64,000 nt of DNA from an uncultured bacterium (GCA_963727525.1 CAVSGO010000008.1:64001-128000), one strand, 5' to 3'; counted from the first letter of the stretch, positions 9,733 through 20,290 are shown. Program-made: numbers and translations. Notes: a model not told the origin generated them from the sequence alone.

Positions 9733-11031
9733 ATGGTGATCCGCCGGCTCGAGCCGGTGGCGCGGGCCCTGCGGCACCGCAATTTCCGGCTGTTCTTTGC
9801 GGGTCAGAGCCTCTCCCTCGTCGGCACCTGGATGCAGCGCATCGCCCTGGGCTGGCTCGTCTACCGGCTCACCGACTCGGCGTTCCTGCTCGGCGTCGTG
9901 GGCTTCGCGGGCCAGATCCCGTCGTTCCTCGTGGCGCCTCTGGCGGGGGTGCTGGCCGACCGCGTGAACCGGCATCGCCTGCTCGTGGCCACTCAGGTGC
10001 TTTCGATGCTGCAGGCGCTCGTGCTGGCCGCGCTCGTGCTGAGCGGGGTGATCCACATCGTCCACGTGATCGTGCTCGCCGTGGTTCTGGGCGTGATCAA
10101 CGGCTTCGACATGCCGATCCGCCAGTCGTTCATGATCGAGATGATCGAGGACAAGGCCGACCTGGGCAATGCCATCGCCTTGAACTCGACCATGGTCAAC
10201 GGTGCGCGTCTGCTGGGGCCCACCATCGCCGGTCTGCTCATCGCGGCGGCTGGCGAGGGTGTGTGCTTTCTCGTGAACGGACTGAGCTACCTGGCCGTGA
10301 TCGTCTCGCTTCTGGCCATGCGCCTGCCGCCGCGCGCGATCGCGGTTCTCTCGTCGCGGGTCTGGCAAGGTCTGGCCGAGGGCGTCCGCTACGCGGCGGG
10401 TTTTGCGCCGATCTGGGCCCTCCTCGTCCTTCTGGCGCTCTTCAGCCTGGCCGGATTGCCCTATGCCATCCTCATGCCGGTCTTCGCGCGCGACATTCTG
10501 GGCGGCGGGCCGGATGCGCTGGGCTTCCTGATGGGAGCCGCCGGCGTGGGCGCGCTGATCGGTGCCCTGAACCTGGCGTCGCGCCAATCGGTCATGGGTC
10601 TGGGGCGCATGCTCGCGCTGGCGAGCGCGGTGTTCGCCGGCAGTCTGCTGGGGTTCGCGTGGTCGCGCTCGCTGCCACTGTCGCTGGCGCTCATGGTCGG
10701 CGTGGGCTTCGGGCAGATGGTGCTCTTCGCGGCCAGCAACACCCTGCTGCAGACCCTCGTCGACGACGACAAGCGCGGCCGCATCATGAGCTTCTACACG
10801 ATGGCGTTCATGGGCTTCGGCCCGCTGGGCAACCTCGCGGCCGGCGCCATCGCCCACCGCTGGAGCGCACCGTGGGCCCTCACCGCAGGGGCCACGGTGT
10901 ACGCTCTGGGTGCCGCGACGTTCGTGCACCGCCTGCCCTCGCTGCGTGCCGAGGCGCGGCCGGTGCTGGTGGAGCGGGAACTCGTGATCGCGGACCGGCC
11001 GGATTCCAGCCGGTCCGCCACGGATCAGTGA
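9733..11031 (+). CDS. MFS transporter
   Basis: About 12 hydrophobic segments; ALRHRNFRLFFAGQ and motif A GVLADRVNRHR. Confidence 0.92.
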   Translation: MVIRRLEPVARALRHRNFRLFFAGQSLSLVGTWMQRIALGWLVYRLTDSAFLLGVVGFAGQIPSFLVAPLAGVLADRVNRHRLLVATQVLSMLQALVLAALVLSGVIHIVHVIVLAVVLGVINGFDMPIRQSFMIEMIEDKADLGNAIALNSTMVNGARLLGPTIAGLLIAAAGEGVCFLVNGLSYLAVIVSLLAMRLPPRAIAVLSSRVWQGLAEGVRYAAGFAPIWALLVLLALFSLAGLPYAILMPVFARDILGGGPDALGFLMGAAGVGALIGALNLASRQSVMGLGRMLALASAVFAGSLLGFAWSRSLPLSLALMVGVGFGQMVLFAASNTLLQTLVDDDKRGRIMSFYTMAFMGFGPLGNLAAGAIAHRWSAPWALTAGATVYALGAATFVHRLPSLRAEARPVLVERELVIADRPDSSRSATDQ

Positions 11032-11465
11032 GGCGTCGCGACCAGTGAGCGCAGGTAGGCCACGACGGAGCGGGCGTCGTCCTCGTTCATGTGGAAACGC
11101 GGCATGGGCGGAGCCGGCGGGCTGCCATCGGGCATGGTCGCCTTGGTGAGCAGGGCCACGGCCTCGTCGTCATCCCAGCCAGGCAATCCCGCGATGGCCG
11201 GCGCCACCTCCGACCAGCCGGGAATGGGTACGGTGGGCTTGAAGACCAGCTCGGAGCCCATGAGCCAGCGCGACATGTCGGGCCGACCGTCGGGCGTCAT
11301 GGGCGTGTGGCAATCGGCGCAGTTGGCCACGTTCTCGACGATGTACTTGCCGCGCGCCACGAGTGCGGTCTGGTTGGGCGTGGATCCGGCCCGGGCGCCC
11401 ATGGCGATGCTGGCCACGATGGTAAGAACGCCGACCCCGAGGATCGATGTAAACTGTCGCTTCAT
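11025..11465 (-). CDS. Exported monoheme cytochrome c
   Basis: Signal peptide; ARGKYIV...CADCH; distal Met in PPMP. Confidence 0.88.
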   Translation of the reverse strand: MKRQFTSILGVGVLTIVASIAMGARAGSTPNQTALVARGKYIVENVANCADCHTPMTPDGRPDMSRWLMGSELVFKPTVPIPGWSEVAPAIAGLPGWDDDEAVALLTKATMPDGSPPAPPMPRFHMNEDDARSVVAYLRSLVATPH

Positions 11466-11675
11466 GGCATGTCCTTCGCGGAAATCCGGCGGCGCGCCCA
11501 TGTGCGGCCCGTGGCCACCCGTGATCGCGGAATGAGGATCCGCCACAGCCACCGGCCGCGCGGCACTCCGAGGCGCCGGGACCGGTAGGGATAGTCGCGG
11601 TTGGCCGTTTATGCAAGACGTTGATTGTCTAGATGAGATCTCTCGTCACCGTTTCGCCCCGAGGAGGTCCCAGCC

Positions 11676-12071
11676 ATGGTTCGCCGCACACGTCGCACTC
11701 CCTGGCGCGGGCGCATCGTCTACGGCCTCGTGGCCGGGGCCACGCTCGTCGTCCTGGACAACATCGCGTTCGGCGGTGAGATCAGCCCCGTGGTGATCCT
11801 GACGGTACTGATCGCGGCGACCATCATCCCCGGATTGCGGTGGGGCGGTGGCGGTTGGCTCACGTCGCTGCTCGCCTGGGTCGGCCTGCCGCTGGCGCAC
11901 GTGATCAAGCATGCGCTCGGCCTGCCGGATACGCTGCACCCGGATACGTACCTGTCGATCGGGTATCTTGCGGGGTTCACGCTCGCCGTCACGATCGCGG
12001 CGACTTTCGCCGGCGCCATCGTGCACCGGATTCGCCATGGCGGATCATCCAGCCGACGGTTGCGCGGCTAG
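11676..12071 (+). CDS. Small membrane protein
   Basis: GAGGAGG SD; about four hydrophobic segments. Confidence 0.65.
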   Translation: MVRRTRRTPWRGRIVYGLVAGATLVVLDNIAFGGEISPVVILTVLIAATIIPGLRWGGGGWLTSLLAWVGLPLAHVIKHALGLPDTLHPDTYLSIGYLAGFTLAVTIAATFAGAIVHRIRHGGSSSRRLRG

Positions 12072-13628
12072 GGCGGGCGGGTCGTCGGGGGCGGCGAGCA
12101 GTCGGGCCCACAGGACGCGCGCCTCGTCGTCGACGAATGCGCCGAAGGCGCCAGCGAACGCCGCGCGCACCTCGCGTTGCCGGTCGGCGAGGGCGGTGGC
12201 GAGGCCGCCGAGCGCGGCGGCTTCCTGCAAGGCGAGTTGCGACGAGAGGGTCAAGCGCGCGAGGTCCTCGCGTAACGTCGCCTGCTGCACCACGAGGTCG
12301 TGGTCCTCGCCGAGGTTGTCCTGCATCGCCTTCAGCCGCGCCACGAGCGGGTCCACCGCATCGTCCGGCAAGAGCGAGCTGAAGAACTCGAGCAAGTAAC
12401 GCAGCTTCTTGCACTCGATGCGCAGGCGGTGTCGGGCGGCGTCGGACGTGGTGGCGTCCACGGCCGAGCCCTGGCGTCGCACGCAGTCGTAGCGATGCGC
12501 GATGCGCTCGCGGGCCATCTCGGCGATCGGGCGTGACGCGTGGTGCGTGGGCGGCAGATCGTGCCCCGCGGGCGGATGGAGCACGGTCGCCCAGCGCTGC
12601 AGCAGTCGTCGGTACTCGAGGCTGCGCAGCACGTTGACGAGCAACGCCAGCTCGTCTTGCCGTTGCTCCCGCAAGCGGGCGTACACGGGGTCGAGGCCGG
12701 CGCGCAACGCCTCGGGCAGCCGCGACCGCGTGCGGTCCTCGTCGAGCAGGTGCACGTCGAGGTCGCGCAGCGGCCCAGTGGCGCGGCCGAGTGCGCGGAA
12801 CTCGCGCTTGAACTCCCGCACCACGGGGGCGGGGAATACGTCGGCGAGCTGGCTGAGAAGGGCACGCGTGCGGCGAATGGCGACGCGATAGTCGTGCAGG
12901 AACTCTGTGTCGATGTCCGCCTTCACGCCGCCCTCGTTCTGGCGCATCGTCGTCAACAGGGTCCTCAGGATCGTGCGTACGGCGTCGCGCGCGGACTGTC
13001 CCGGATCGAGCTTGACCGTGATCCGCGAGCCCGTGGCGCCCGGCTTCAGTCCGGCGGCGGCGAGGGCCCAGTCGAGCGGGTCCACGGTCGTTGGTATCAG
13101 TCCGAACGCCCCGAGGGCGGAGGCGATCCGACGTCGCACCGCCGCGTGCCCACGCACGGGCACCAGCGCGAGCTGGCGGCGCACCGTGCCGGTCCGCCGG
13201 CGGTTCTCGAGTTGCCAGGTCGCGTCGTGGATGTGGAGAACCGGCCGGCCCTTGCGATCGAAGAGCGTGTACCGGCGCGTCTGTACGCGCGCGCCGACGA
13301 GGGGGATCAGGGCCCGCAGTTTGAGCTTCTGCGCCAGGATCTTGCGCACACGCCCGGCGCGCAGGTCGGCAGGGACTCGCGGCGGCTGCATCTGGGTCCA
13401 GCGCACGCGGGCGCGCGTGCGGTCGCGTGCCAGGTCCACCAGCCGGCAACGACGTCCGTCGAGTTCGCACACCAGGCCCGCGGCATGCAGGCGCCAGTCG
13501 AAGCTGTCCAGGTAGACGCGTCGCTCCTCGTCGCGATCGCTCGAAACGAGGGCGAAAGCGCGGTCGATGGCGGCGTGCCAACCGGTGGCGTCGGCATCGG
13601 GTGGGAAGAGGAAGATGTCGGTTGTCAT
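12045..13628 (-). CDS. CHAD-domain (polyphosphate-binding) protein with a CYTH-like N-terminus
   Basis: YLDSFDWRL, DTEFLHDYRVAIRRTR, LRDLDV, HRLRIECKKLRYLLEFF and QDNLGEDHD. Confidence 0.9.
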   Translation of the reverse strand: MTTDIFLFPPDADATGWHAAIDRAFALVSSDRDEERRVYLDSFDWRLHAAGLVCELDGRRCRLVDLARDRTRARVRWTQMQPPRVPADLRAGRVRKILAQKLKLRALIPLVGARVQTRRYTLFDRKGRPVLHIHDATWQLENRRRTGTVRRQLALVPVRGHAAVRRRIASALGAFGLIPTTVDPLDWALAAAGLKPGATGSRITVKLDPGQSARDAVRTILRTLLTTMRQNEGGVKADIDTEFLHDYRVAIRRTRALLSQLADVFPAPVVREFKREFRALGRATGPLRDLDVHLLDEDRTRSRLPEALRAGLDPVYARLREQRQDELALLVNVLRSLEYRRLLQRWATVLHPPAGHDLPPTHHASRPIAEMARERIAHRYDCVRRQGSAVDATTSDAARHRLRIECKKLRYLLEFFSSLLPDDAVDPLVARLKAMQDNLGEDHDLVVQQATLREDLARLTLSSQLALQEAAALGGLATALADRQREVRAAFAGAFGAFVDDEARVLWARLLAAPDDPPALAAQPSAG

Positions 13629-13779
13629 GGCACTCGGTCGATCACTCGGTGGCTCGGTTTCTCTGAACATGATCATAACACGAGGTCGGGATCTCGAGTG
13701 TTAATAACGACGTGCAAAGGCCGGGATAGGCTGCTATCTTGCCACCGTCGCGAGTTTTCTCCCTGTCTGGAGCGAGACC

Positions 13780-15000
13780 ATGCCCCTGCTGCCTTCGCGC
13801 ACCCGATGCATCGGCATCCTCACGGCCGGCGGCGACTGTCCGGGACTGAATGCGGCCATCCGGGGCATCACGAAGACGGCCATTCATGACTACGGTATCA
13901 AGGTGGTGGGGATCCGCGACGGCTTCCGCGGCCTGGTGGAGAACCGCACCGTCCGCCTCGACAACGCCATCACCAGCAACGTGCTCACCCTCGGCGGCAC
14001 CATTCTCGGCACCTCGCGCGACCGGCCCAAGAAGATGGTCATGGGCGGCAAGATGCTCGACATGACGATGGCGGCGGCCGAGAACGCGCGCGGCAACGGG
14101 TTCGATTGCGTCGTCTGCCTGGGCGGCGGGGGTACCCAGAAGAACGCCTACCACCTGCATCGCGTGGGCGGCATCGACGTGCTCACCCTGCCCAAGACCA
14201 TCGACAACGATGTGGCCGAGACCGACGTCAGCTTCGGCTTCGACACCGCCCTGCAGATCTGCACCGAGGCGATCGACCGCCTGCACACCACGGCCACCAG
14301 CCACGACCGCATCATCGTGGTCGAGGTCATGGGCCACAATGCGGGCTGGCTCGCCCTGGGCGCCGGCGTCGCGGGCGGCGCCGACGTCATCCTCATTCCC
14401 GAGCTGCCGTACGACGTGCGCTTCGTCTCCGAGTACCTGCTCGAGCGCCAGCGTGTGTATGGTAAGAAGTTCTCGATCATCGTCGTGGCCGAAGGTGCGA
14501 TCACGCGTACCGAGGCCGAGCTGAAGCGGCAGGAAGCACAGCGCAAGTCCAAGAAGAAGGCCGCCAAGCGCGACGACGATGCCGACGAAGACGATGCCGA
14601 CGACAACGGCGATCCCGACGCGGTGGAAGCGAGTGACGAGCCCGACTACCGCCTCGTGCGCGAGAGCCTGGCCAGCCGGTTGGCGCGCAACCTGCAGAAC
14701 CTCGCACGCACCGAGGCGCGCGTCACCAGCCTCGGACACGTGCAGCGCGGCGGCGTGCCCTCGGCCGCCGATCGTCTGCTCACCACCCGCCTCGCCGCGA
14801 AGGCTACCGAGCTGATCGCCGCGGGCACCATGAACGTCATGGTGGCGGTCAGGGGGGAGGCGTGCGTGCCGGTGCCTCTGGAGCAGGTGGCCGGCCGGCG
14901 CAAGCTCGTACCCCTCGATCATCACTGGATCCAGACCGCTCGCAGCCTCGGCACCTGTCTCGGCGTTCCTGACGCCGAGCTGCCGCACCACACCGACTGA
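13780..15000 (+). CDS. pfkA: PfkA-family 6-phosphofructokinase
   Basis: [35 protein letters not shown] and LGHVQRGG. Confidence 0.93.
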   Translation: MPLLPSRTRCIGILTAGGDCPGLNAAIRGITKTAIHDYGIKVVGIRDGFRGLVENRTVRLDNAITSNVLTLGGTILGTSRDRPKKMVMGGKMLDMTMAAAENARGNGFDCVVCLGGGGTQKNAYHLHRVGGIDVLTLPKTIDNDVAETDVSFGFDTALQICTEAIDRLHTTATSHDRIIVVEVMGHNAGWLALGAGVAGGADVILIPELPYDVRFVSEYLLERQRVYGKKFSIIVVAEGAITRTEAELKRQEAQRKSKKKAAKRDDDADEDDADDNGDPDAVEASDEPDYRLVRESLASRLARNLQNLARTEARVTSLGHVQRGGVPSAADRLLTTRLAAKATELIAAGTMNVMVAVRGEACVPVPLEQVAGRRKLVPLDHHWIQTARSLGTCLGVPDAELPHHTD

Positions 15001-15016
15001 ATCGGGGATGCAACTC

Positions 15017-15850
15017 ATGGCCAAACGCAAGAAGCGCACCGGCAAGCAAGCCAACACCCTGCCGCGGAAGTTCGCCGACCGTCACCTGCTCTACCAGTGG
15101 TCCGTGCAGGCCCCGGAATACGAGGTTGCCTTCATCGACCGTGTCTTCACCGAGAAGCACGGCCGCGCGCCGCTGAGCATGCGCGAGGACTTCTGCGGGA
15201 CGGCGTACCTGTCGTCCGCATGGGTGGCGAGCCACCCCGAGCGCACAGCGCTGGGGCTCGACCTCGATGAGGAGACTCTCGACTGGGGGCGTCAGCACAA
15301 CGTGGCCGCGCTGGGCGGCGATGCCGGGCGCGTGACATTGCGTCTCGAAGACGTGCGCACCGTCACCAAGCCAGGCCTCGACGTGGTCTGCGCGTTCAAT
15401 TTCAGCTATTTCCTGCTCCACCCGGTGGACGAACTCGTGGGCTACTTCCGGAAGGTGCGCGAGAGCCTGGCCCCCGGCGGCATGCTCTTCCTCGACTGCT
15501 ACGGCGGCTGGGAGGCGCAGCAGGTCGTGATGGAGCCGCGCCTCGTCGAGGCGGACGAGGGCACGTTCACCTACACCTGGCATCAGGCCGAGTACAACCC
15601 CATCGACAACGTCACGCGCTGCCACATCCACTTCGAGGTGGCCGGCGGCCACAAGATCAAGAAGGCGTTCACGTACATCTGGCGCCTCTACACGCCGGCC
15701 GAGATCACCGATGCCCTGCGGGCCGCGGGATTCGCCAAGACCACGGTATACTGGGATATTTCCGAGGACGAGGACGAGGATATCTACGAGATCCGCCAGA
15801 TGGCGGAGAACCAGCCGGGCTGGCTCGCTTACGTCGTGGGCGAGGTGTGA
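15017..15850 (+). CDS. Class I SAM-dependent methyltransferase
   Basis: REDFCGTA, ALGLDLD, AFNFSYF and LAPGGMLFLD. Confidence 0.8.
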   Translation: MAKRKKRTGKQANTLPRKFADRHLLYQWSVQAPEYEVAFIDRVFTEKHGRAPLSMREDFCGTAYLSSAWVASHPERTALGLDLDEETLDWGRQHNVAALGGDAGRVTLRLEDVRTVTKPGLDVVCAFNFSYFLLHPVDELVGYFRKVRESLAPGGMLFLDCYGGWEAQQVVMEPRLVEADEGTFTYTWHQAEYNPIDNVTRCHIHFEVAGGHKIKKAFTYIWRLYTPAEITDALRAAGFAKTTVYWDISEDEDEDIYEIRQMAENQPGWLAYVVGEV

Positions 15851-15870
15851 CCGGCGGCGAGGGGCGTCGC

Positions 15871-16704
15871 ATGAGCAAGCACGACTGGGACGAGATCGAG
15901 CACTACCGCGTGCATCATGGCAGCGACTTCTCCCTCGCCGATGTCGATCCGGACGATCGCCGCTGTTTTCCCGACGGCGACAAGGACGCCGGTCGCAAGC
16001 AGCTCACCAAGGACGCCGAGGAACAGGAGGCGCGCCAGCGTCTGCTCTGGGCCGATGGGCGCCATGGCGTGCTCCTCGTGCTACAGGGCATGGACACGGC
16101 GGGCAAGGACGGCACCATCCGCCATGTGGCCGGCCCACTCAATCCGCAGGGCGTGGCCGTGGCCAACTTCAAGCGTCCCACGCCCGAGGAGGCGTCGCAC
16201 GACTATCTGTGGCGCGTGCACGCCCATGTCCCCGCGCGCGGCATGATCGGCATCTTCAACCGCTCGCACTACGAGGACCTCGTGGTGCCGCGTGTCCTCG
16301 CCCACCTGTCCGACGACGCGTTCACGGAACGCTGCGACCACGTCACCGCGTTCGAACGCTACCTCACGTCGAACGGCATCGCCATCGTCAAGGTATTCCT
16401 GCACATCTCGAAAGACGAGCAGAAGGACCGGCTCCAGTCGCGCCTCGACAACCCCGAGAAGAACTGGAAATTCGAGCCGGGCGACCTCGACACTCGCAAG
16501 CTCTGGGACGATTACCAGCGCGTCTACTCCGAGGTGATCGCCCGCACCAGCCACGCCTGGGCGCCCTGGTACGTGGTGCCCGCCAACCACAAGTGGTATC
16601 GCGACCTCGTGGTGGGCCAGCTGCTGCACCGTACCCTCGGTGGCCTCGATCTCGCGTATCCGCCGCCCCATCCCGATCTCGAGTCGTTCGTGATCGAGGA
16701 CTGA
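15871..16704 (+). CDS. ppk2: Polyphosphate kinase 2 family protein
   Basis: QGMDTAGKDG, FKRPT.EE, FNRSHYED, KVFLHISK and APWYVVPANHKW. Confidence 0.93.
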   Translation: MSKHDWDEIEHYRVHHGSDFSLADVDPDDRRCFPDGDKDAGRKQLTKDAEEQEARQRLLWADGRHGVLLVLQGMDTAGKDGTIRHVAGPLNPQGVAVANFKRPTPEEASHDYLWRVHAHVPARGMIGIFNRSHYEDLVVPRVLAHLSDDAFTERCDHVTAFERYLTSNGIAIVKVFLHISKDEQKDRLQSRLDNPEKNWKFEPGDLDTRKLWDDYQRVYSEVIARTSHAWAPWYVVPANHKWYRDLVVGQLLHRTLGGLDLAYPPPHPDLESFVIED

Positions 16705-16706
16705 GG

Positions 16707-17453
16707 GTGCGCGTCGCTTTCCTCACCGACGTGCACGGCAACCTGGCGGCCTTGCAGGCCGTCCTCGCGCACGCGCGCGCCCAGGGTGCCCAGGCGTTCT
16801 GGAATGGCGGCGACATGGTGGGTTACGGCCCGGAACCCGAGTCCTGCGTGTGCCTGCTGCGCTCCGTCGAGTCGGCAGCCGTGGTGGGCAACTACGACCG
16901 CAAGGTGCTGAGCGTGCCGCAGAAGCGCGAGGCATGGTCTCGCAAGAAGCATCCGCTCAAGCTGAAGGCATTCCTCTGGGCCTACGACCAGCTCACGGAT
17001 GCCAGCCGCACCTACCTCGACACCTTGCCCGAACGCTGGCGCGCCGACGTCGCCGGCGTGCGCGTGCAGATCAACCACGCCTCGCCGGTCTCGATCCAGG
17101 AACATCTGGGACCGCACACCGCCCACGCGCGATGGCACGAGCTGGCCTCCCTGGCCGACGCCGACCTCGTGCTCTGCGGCCATACCCACATTGCCCACGA
17201 GCACCAGGTGAACGGAGTCCACTTCGTGAATCCGGGCGCCGTGGGGCGCCCCGAGGGTGGCGATCCTCGCAGCGGCTACGCCCTCCTCGACCTCGCCGAC
17301 GGCACCGCCGCCGTCACCCTCCACCGTGTTCCCTACGACACCGAGGCCACCGCCGCCGCCTGCCGCGCCGCAGACCTGCCCGAGGCATTCGCGCAGATGT
17401 TCCTGCAGGGACGGCCGCTGGGCGAGATACTCGGCGGCGTCGGGTCGGATTGA
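16707..17453 (+). CDS. Metallophosphoesterase (YfcE-like)
   Basis: GTG start two bases after the ppk2 stop. TDVHGN, GDMVGYG, GNYD, GHTH and NPGAVG. Confidence 0.88.
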   Translation: MRVAFLTDVHGNLAALQAVLAHARAQGAQAFWNGGDMVGYGPEPESCVCLLRSVESAAVVGNYDRKVLSVPQKREAWSRKKHPLKLKAFLWAYDQLTDASRTYLDTLPERWRADVAGVRVQINHASPVSIQEHLGPHTAHARWHELASLADADLVLCGHTHIAHEHQVNGVHFVNPGAVGRPEGGDPRSGYALLDLADGTAAVTLHRVPYDTEATAAACRAADLPEAFAQMFLQGRPLGEILGGVGSD

Positions 17454-17496
17454 ACCGCCGTCATCACGCCGCGAACGCGGGTGCCGTCGATGGAGC

Positions 17497-17988
17497 TCAG
17501 GCGACCAGCACCCGGGGTGGCAGCAGCCACATCAGGCAGCCGTCCAGGGCGGGGCCCGGCATGACGTCGACGCGGGCCAGGGAGCCCTTCTTGCAGACCA
17601 CGTGGCTGCCGCCGGTGATCGCACCGATCACGAGGCTGAAGGTGGGTTCGTGGCCGACGAGCAGAACCCGGGTCATCGTGGCAGCAAGGTCGTCGAGGAT
17701 GTTCGCGAGCTCGACCACGTCGAAGCGGCCGTCCAGGCGGATGTCCTCCCGTAGAACGTCGCCGGCGCCGAGCTGTTCGGCCACGATCTCCGCCGTCTGT
17801 CGCGCGCGTACCAGCGGGCTGGTGAGGATGACGTCGAAGTCCAGTCCGAGGCGTTCCATGCAGGCGGCCTCGCGCGCCATGCGTCGCTTCCCCTCCTCGG
17901 TGAGCGGGCGCTCGTGGTCCGAGCCTGACCAGGACGGCCAGTCGGCGAGGCCGTGGCGCAGGAAGTAGAGCTGGCGGTCGGGCCTCAT
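17497..17988 (-). CDS. sixA: Phosphohistidine phosphatase SixA
   Basis: LRHG, D.ERPLT, TSPLVRARQTA and LVGHEP. Confidence 0.88.
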   Translation of the reverse strand: MRPDRQLYFLRHGLADWPSWSGSDHERPLTEEGKRRMAREAACMERLGLDFDVILTSPLVRARQTAEIVAEQLGAGDVLREDIRLDGRFDVVELANILDDLAATMTRVLLVGHEPTFSLVIGAITGGSHVVCKKGSLARVDVMPGPALDGCLMWLLPPRVLVA

Positions 17989-20130
17989 CTAGCGACGACT
18001 CCTGGCCATGGCTGCGAGAAACGACTCCTGGCTGTTGACGGCCGGCTGGTCGCCTTCCGCGACGGCGCGTACGTAGCTGCCGTCGGGCTGCATCAGGTGC
18101 GCCTTGGCGCTGTCGCGCAGGTAGGTGGCCAGGATGGTCTCCTGCACGCGCTGCACGAGCGAGGGGTCGGTGACCGGGAACACCACCTCCACGCGATGGT
18201 CGAGGTTGCGGAACATCATGTCGGCGCTGCCCAGGAAGAGCTCGGGCGTGCCGCCGTTGGCGAACCAGAAGATGCGGCTGTGCTCGAGGAAGCGGCCAAC
18301 GATGCTGCGCACGCGGATCGTCTCACTCAGGCCTGGTACGCCCGGTCGCAGCGTGCACATGCCGCGCACGAGGAGATCGATCTGCACGCCGGCGCGCGAA
18401 GCTTCGTAGAGCAGGGCGATCATCTGCCGGTCGACCAGGGAATTGCACTTGAAGATGAGGTGGCCATCGCGCCCCTCTTGCTGATGCTCGATCTCGCGAT
18501 TGATCCGCGCCGCCAGGCACGAGCGCAGGTTCAGTGGCGCCACGAGCAGCTTTCGGAAGTCGTTGATCGCCGAGTAGCCGGTGAGGTAGTTGAAGAGGTC
18601 GGTGACGTCGGCGCCGATGGCGTCGTCGCAGGTGAACATGCCGAGGTCCTCGTACAGACGCGCAGTGGTGGCGTTGTAGTTGCCTGTGCCCAGGTGCATG
18701 TAGCGGCGCACGCGGTCCTTGTCGCGGCGCACGACGAGCAGGAGCTTGGCGTGGGTCTTCAGGCCGAGCAGACCGTAGATGACGTGCACGCCTTCGCGCT
18801 CCAGCATGCGCGCCCAGCCGATATTGCTCTCCTCGTCGAAGCGCGCCTTCAGCTCCACGAGCACCGTCACCTGCTTGCGGTACTCGCGGCGCGCCTCCAG
18901 CAAGGCCTGCACCACGGGCGCATTGCGGCCCACGCGGTACAGCGTCTGCTTGATCGCCAGCACCCCCTCGTCGCGTGCCGCGGCCTGCAAGAATTCGACC
19001 ACCGGATCGAAACTCTCGTACGGTTGATGCAGCAGGATGTCGCCCTGGCGGATCTGTTCGAACGGGGTGATCGACTCGCGCAGCTCCGGCCGCCGCGGCA
19101 GCGGCAGGGCGGGCGTGAAGGGCGGAAACTTGAGGTCGTAGCGATCGATGTCCGCGAGTTGCATCAGGCCGCTCAGGCCCAGCGGTTCGGGTAGGCTCAC
19201 GGAGTCTTTCGGATCCATCTCGAGGTTGCTGATGAGTACGCGGCGGGTGGTCTCGTTCATGGCCGCCGCCGTCTCGAGTCGCACCACGGCGCCGAACTGC
19301 CGCTCGTACACGCGCTCGCGCATGGTCTCCAGAAGATCGGCAGCCTCCAGCTCCTGGATCTCGATGTCCGCGTCGCGTACCACACGGAAGGCATAGGAGC
19401 CGAGGATGGTCATGCCCGGGAAGAGATCTTCGAGGTGTGCGGCGATGAGTTGCTCCAGCCACACGAAGTAGTGGTTGCGCGGCACGGTGCCGTCGCGTTT
19501 CTCGCCGCCCGAGGAGCGCTTCAGCGGCACCAGGCGCGGCAGCAGGGCCGGCACCTTGAGGCGGGCGAAGTGTTCCTCGCCCTTCGGGTCGCGGATCTGG
19601 ACGGCGAGATTCAGGCTCACGTTCGAGATGTGAGGGAAGGGGTGGCCGGGGTCGAAGGCCTGCGGCGTCAGCACCGGGTAGATCTCCTCGACGTAGATGC
19701 GCTGGGCCACCTCGCGCTGCCGCGGCGAGAGGTCGGCCATGGTGAGCAGATGAATCCCGGCAGCGTCCAGGGCCGGCTTCAGCTCCGAGTGCCAGTGCGA
19801 GAGCGCCCTGTCCATGATGTCGGCCAGTTCCTTGCGGATGGCCGCGAGCTGCTCGGCGGGCGTGCGTCCGTCGACGGAGAAGTCGACCAGGCCGGACCGC
19901 TTCTGCACGACGAGCCCGGCCACGCGCACCATGGTCATCTCGTCGAGGTTCGACCCCACGATCGACAGGAACTTCACGCGTTCGAGCAGGGGATTGGTCG
20001 GATCCGTGGCTTCCTCGAGCACGCGTCGCTGAAACTGCAAGAGGCTCAGCTCGCGATTCAGATAGAGGCTGCCGGCATCCTGGCTCGCGCCCTGGCCGGA
20101 GTCGGCGGTCTTCATCATTTCCTCGTCCAT
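17989..20130 (-). CDS. ppk1: Polyphosphate kinase 1
   Basis: NRELSLL.FQ.RVL, HPFPHISN, KQTLYR, ELKARFDEE, KTHAK, HLGTGNYN and GRFLEHSR. Confidence 0.97.
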   Translation of the reverse strand: MDEEMMKTADSGQGASQDAGSLYLNRELSLLQFQRRVLEEATDPTNPLLERVKFLSIVGSNLDEMTMVRVAGLVVQKRSGLVDFSVDGRTPAEQLAAIRKELADIMDRALSHWHSELKPALDAAGIHLLTMADLSPRQREVAQRIYVEEIYPVLTPQAFDPGHPFPHISNVSLNLAVQIRDPKGEEHFARLKVPALLPRLVPLKRSSGGEKRDGTVPRNHYFVWLEQLIAAHLEDLFPGMTILGSYAFRVVRDADIEIQELEAADLLETMRERVYERQFGAVVRLETAAAMNETTRRVLISNLEMDPKDSVSLPEPLGLSGLMQLADIDRYDLKFPPFTPALPLPRRPELRESITPFEQIRQGDILLHQPYESFDPVVEFLQAAARDEGVLAIKQTLYRVGRNAPVVQALLEARREYRKQVTVLVELKARFDEESNIGWARMLEREGVHVIYGLLGLKTHAKLLLVVRRDKDRVRRYMHLGTGNYNATTARLYEDLGMFTCDDAIGADVTDLFNYLTGYSAINDFRKLLVAPLNLRSCLAARINREIEHQQEGRDGHLIFKCNSLVDRQMIALLYEASRAGVQIDLLVRGMCTLRPGVPGLSETIRVRSIVGRFLEHSRIFWFANGGTPELFLGSADMMFRNLDHRVEVVFPVTDPSLVQRVQETILATYLRDSAKAHLMQPDGSYVRAVAEGDQPAVNSQESFLAAMARSRR

Positions 20131-20290
20131 ACCCGCCCTCCCATCGCGAGGCCGGCAGCCTGTCCGCCGGGCGCAGGGAGTATGGGGGGCGTGTTCGTGG
20201 GCCACAACCAGGAGGCGGAATCTTCACGTATTTCTAACATGTGTCGCCGATCATCGCCATCTTCGAGACTACGGGCGGGAGGTCGTGTCC

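Noticed and set aside
8280-9782. N-terminal 500 aa of the 1093-aa ORF and other long Arg/Ala-rich overlapping ORFs
   Set aside because: These are antisense or off-frame shadows typical of high-GC DNA, overlapping well-supported genes.
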